Positions 60,091 through 64,000 of a stretch of 64,000 nucleotides of DNA are shown here, piece after piece. Origin of the DNA: Chlorokybus atmophyticus. Its lineage: Eukaryota > Plantae > Mesostigma and Chlorokybus algae. Each line of letters begins with the position of its first letter. Position 1 is the first letter of the stretch. The translations under genes were made by a program, and so were the position numbers. The stretch lies in the NCBI GenBank assembly GCA_009103225.1, contig RHPI01002533.1, forward strand, positions 1,171,842 to 1,235,841. The letters run 5' to 3'. A model generated the notes under the pieces. It ran no database searches. It worked only from the letters and a program-made list of their open reading frames with translations, and was not told where the DNA came from.

Positions 60091-63000
60091 ATGGCACCGG
60101 CGGCAGACACTCCAGCGAGTCCGACCGGGACGGTCGCAAACCCTACGGTGCTTGCGCCCCTGGACATGACCGTGAACAGCCCTAAGAACCCTGATGAGTT
60201 CGTCGAGAGGCTGCTCACCCGCACAGCACATGCCAAGAAGAAAATCTCGCTTGACGACCTTGCCGCGTGCCCAACAAGCCGTAAGTGTCTCTATCTAGTT
60301 GCCCAAAGCATTAGGCCAGTTGCAGCACTTGCACAGGAAGCGAGGAAAATTCAATTGGTGTACTTGAGTTGCGTGAAGGGAGCGATGAAGTTGTCTTGTA
60401 TGTCTGAACAACAGCTACTGGCGGAAGGCCTCTCATAGTCACAAGCCCGCGCTCACTGGAAGCATGCCTTATTCACGGCATTGACCCGGAGGAGTTGGTG
60501 TACAGGTGCGTGACTGTGTGCGATTGGCTTGCTCAATGCTGCAATGCGAGTTGATTGCAAGCTGTGTTCAAACTGTGTACAGATTGTCAACTACTAACAA
60601 CGCACTGCGGCCACCAGGCCAGTTGAGTCCTTTGCTGAAAGGAATCTAAGCGTGCAGCTTCAGGAGCTCAAATTCCAGCACCATGAAGAGAAGCGCAAAG
60701 GTCAGTGACGCATTTGTCATCAGTTTCAGCAATGCTATGCGCTGCCTTGTGACTGAACAACACACGCGCTGCAGAGAAGCTGCACAAGGTGCAAAAGGAG
60801 CGTGAGCAGCTCATGGCGGAGGAGATGGCTGGTCACACAGTGTCTCACACTGACCGCAGCCCTGGCTCGCCTGGCCCCAACTCCCCGAGCAACATTGACA
60901 GGTCATCAGATATGGTCGAAAAGGTGGGTCAACGCTGGTATCAGAGTCATTATATTACTACTTGTATTGTAGTACACGTAGTACTATATTCTGTATACTA
61001 TATGTTGGTAGCACAGAGTTCTTTGACCCCTGCGGTTAATTCGACACACTGGCACAATCATGCTGTGAACCACCATATCAATTTATCTGCTTTAAGTGTG
61101 TTGAATAAGAAGAACTTCTGATGCCGCACACTGTGCAACCTGCAGGAGAAGAAGCGGCTAGAAGCTCTGCAGCGGCGACAGCAGAAGGAGATAGAAAACA
61201 TGATCAACTATGAGACACGGCGGCAGGTAAGCACTCGTGCATTGCTGGATATTTCGTGCAGCTCTTGCTGCTGCGATGATGTGAATGACTGGCGCTTGAT
61301 GTGTCGCAGGCACTAAGTCATGAAGCGCAAATGAAGATTGAGCGGCAAAAAGAGAAAGAACAGCAGCAGGTCAGCGCATGACATGACGTAGATTCATCTT
61401 CAATTGTGGTGCTTCTTTGGCGGCATTGCCTGCTGGGAAGCATGTGTGTGATAACCGCTGCTTCGCAGATTGCAGAGCTTGCCAGGAGAGAACGAGAATG
61501 GCAGGAGCAAATGCGACTACGGGACCTGCAGCGCTTACAAGAGGTCTGTACTGAGAAAACCTGCAAGGTATCAGCAGCTGTCCTTTACAGGCTTTCAAGC
61601 AAACATACGGTTGCAGGAGGAAGAGCTTGAAAGGCGCGCAAAGCAGATGGCTGCCGAGCAATACATGCAGGAGCTGGCACGTCAGAAGGCGGAGATTGAG
61701 AAGCAGAAGCAACGCCAGCGGGAAGCTGCAGCACGCCAGACCGAACGCTCAGCAAAGCAGGAGGCCCTTCGTCAGGTCAGAAGACTCATTCTGGAGGCAC
61801 ACTTGTAACAGACACTCTTGTGACAGTTGGTGTGAACTGGACGCTTGGAAGATGAGATTCTGATGTTGCCTCTGTTGCTCTGTTGCAGGCCAACGAGCGA
61901 GCGCAGGCAGAACAGCAGGAAGCGCTGCGCAGGCGGCAAGAGGAGATTGCAACAAGAGATGAGGAGAGACAGAATGCGTTGGAAGAGCAGCGCCGACAGC
62001 GCAACCAAGCCAACCAAGAGGTGTGCACAGACAGTTGGCATCTGGTGGTCCAAAACATACATGCTAGGAGGGTGCATCCATACTGGTTCTCTGCGCATAA
62101 CAAGGATTCGTTGCAACTGACGCTGGCAACACTTGTGCTTGCTGCCCAGGCGCGGGAAAAGGCGGAAGAGCGCATCAAAGGCGCGCTAGACAACAGTCGA
62201 CGCATCATGGAGAAGCGGATGGAAGAGTATGAAGTGAAGCAGCGCGCTGCAGACCAGAAGCAGGTTTGTGCTTGACCATATGTTACTGGAAGGTGTAAGT
62301 GCTGAAATGACAGGCTCACAACCAATGCGCCTTGTGCAGCAAGAGATGGAGCAAGAGCGGCGCGAGTTGGAGATGCAGAAGAGGCAGCAAGAAGCAATGA
62401 AGGCTGAGCAGCGCAGGTACGCCGTTGGTTTGATGACCTGCGAGTCAGTGCCATAGCAACAGAAGTGTTTGCCTGACTCAAACTATATGGTTGCAGGGCT
62501 GTGTACTTTGAAGCCCAGCGTGAAGAGCAACGACGAAAAGAGATGCTTATTGCAAAGGTAACCTTTGGCTTGATCTCAACAGAAATCTGTGTTGGTTGTG
62601 CAGACTTGGCTAATGCAGTCTAGTTTGCACCCTATGCGCAGGCTGCGGAGGCTGAAAGGGTGCTGCAGCAAGTGAAGGTGGCCACTGCCCGTGAAATCCA
62701 GCAGCGGTCAGTAGCACGCCGGTTGGACCGACAAGATAAGCAGGACAAGGTTGAGAGCATGAAGCGCATGCAGGTGCGAGGACACGGCCCGTCGTAAAGC
62801 ATGAAGCTTGGGTGCTATCTGCAGGAGTTGACGCATACACATGTCTCAGCTAACCACTTGCAAGCCTTCTTTGGTCCTCTGTTTGCAGGCGTATCAGCGG
62901 CGTCTCATGCTAGAAAAGATTGAGAGCGAAACAGATCGCGCTCGTTCACTGCTGGAAGCCAGAGCCGCCCTTCAAGAACAACGCAAGCTAGCAAACGTGA

Positions 63001-63344
63001 TGTCTTCAATCCATCGGCAGCGACTCATTGAAAGAATGGAGCAAACTCAGGTATTCGGCGTGTGAGCAAGTTATGTGCTATACTGTTTGAAGCAAGTCGC
63101 ATGTAGAAGGTTCATCGTGTTGGCTTTCAAGAATCTGGGCTTGTTGTCCTTGAAATGTTGCTGTCATGTTTCATGCACGCCTGTGTGCAATGGCTTTCTG
63201 TTCACGACACGTCCAAAGGAGAAAAGGATTGCTGCATTGTGTGCACAGGTCACAAAGAAGTGGAGACAACTGGATGCAGACTTGCGACAGCTCAACGCGG
63301 ATGCATTCAACCCTCTGGCACAAAGCAAAAGCCACAACAAATAA
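60091..63344 (+). CDS. Long multi-exon E/Q/R/K-rich coiled-coil protein (trichohyalin-like, possibly cilia-associated)
   Basis: MAPAADTPASP..; S|PRSLEACLIHGIDPEELVY|RPVESF; many short GT-AG exons with charged heptads; ends KWRQLDADLRQLNADAFNPLAQSKSHNK*. Confidence 0.75.
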
Positions 63345-64000
63345 AGCAGCAAACAGGCATTGAGAGGACAGCACTGTTCGTTAACTCGATAGTACCGTTA
63401 GGTTTAGAACATACCATAGCTACATTACCATGTATTAAACCTACCAACTAACTTGTCTGGCCGCATTGGCCTGGTAGGGAGGCTGTCCTTTAGCTGAGGT
63501 GAACATGCCCTACGAAATTCAAATAGCTCGCTGTTTTACCCCACAACTGAATGCGCGTAAAAAGAACGACATACGCACACAACATCATGAAGCAATGTAC
63601 AGTGTATAACCAACAAGCAGTGTGTACGTACATACACGCTCCATGTTGGTTATAAGTTCGCAATAGCCATGGGCATCACTCGGTATCATCATGCCCTGAA
63701 TGCATCAATGGATCCGTGTTTACATAAAAGTGAAAGAGTATCAGATTTGTGCATATATAGGAATTTCACGCTTTTAACTTCATGATGCTGATTACTAGTA
63801 ATTATGCAATTTTTCTCTCAATGATTATTATCCGTAGTTGCAACGTACGTAATTAAGACTGTAGCGGATTGGCCACTGCAATTATCACAACAGCATCAAC
63901 AAGCTTGTTACAATGTGTGGATTCAATGTTTATGATTTTGCGTTCAATGCGTCATTGATTGCCAATGTGAATGCAAACAAGTACGTTCATTGGCAGCTGA

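Overview
Eukaryotic nuclear DNA: GT-AG introns, about 50-55% GC in genes, and assembly gaps at 18011-18560 and 30307-30323. The plant-type AdoMetDC uORF, the DNMT-bearing Ty3/gypsy element and a cilia-type coiled-coil gene suggest an early-diverging, flagellated streptophyte green alga (inference). Host genes: an in-frame S-adenosylmethionine decarboxylase-ornithine decarboxylase fusion (1733-4501) preceded by the land-plant-type polyamine-responsive uORF, a probable cNMP-binding-domain gene, EMC10 and ROMO1/MGR2 head-to-head, a poly-Gln gene, and a long coiled-coil gene. Most of 6-46 kb is nested, decayed transposons: two RLE-type (CRE-like) LINE fragments, a chromodomain Ty3/gypsy fragment with a 1.7-kb LTR, a second Ty3/gypsy, and a third Ty3/gypsy that carries a cytosine methyltransferase and ends in an integrase-PHD finger. 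The third element is split by an insertion of about 14.4 kb (29753-44205). This insertion encodes a Plavaka-family transposase, a Tudor domain fused to a near-complete phage-type C5-DNA methyltransferase, an OTU-like protease plus RING-finger gene, and two unknown genes. Its intergenic regions share a palindromic GTACCAT/ATGGTAC motif. All domain calls come from recognising motifs by eye; no database searches were run, and many exon boundaries are approximate.
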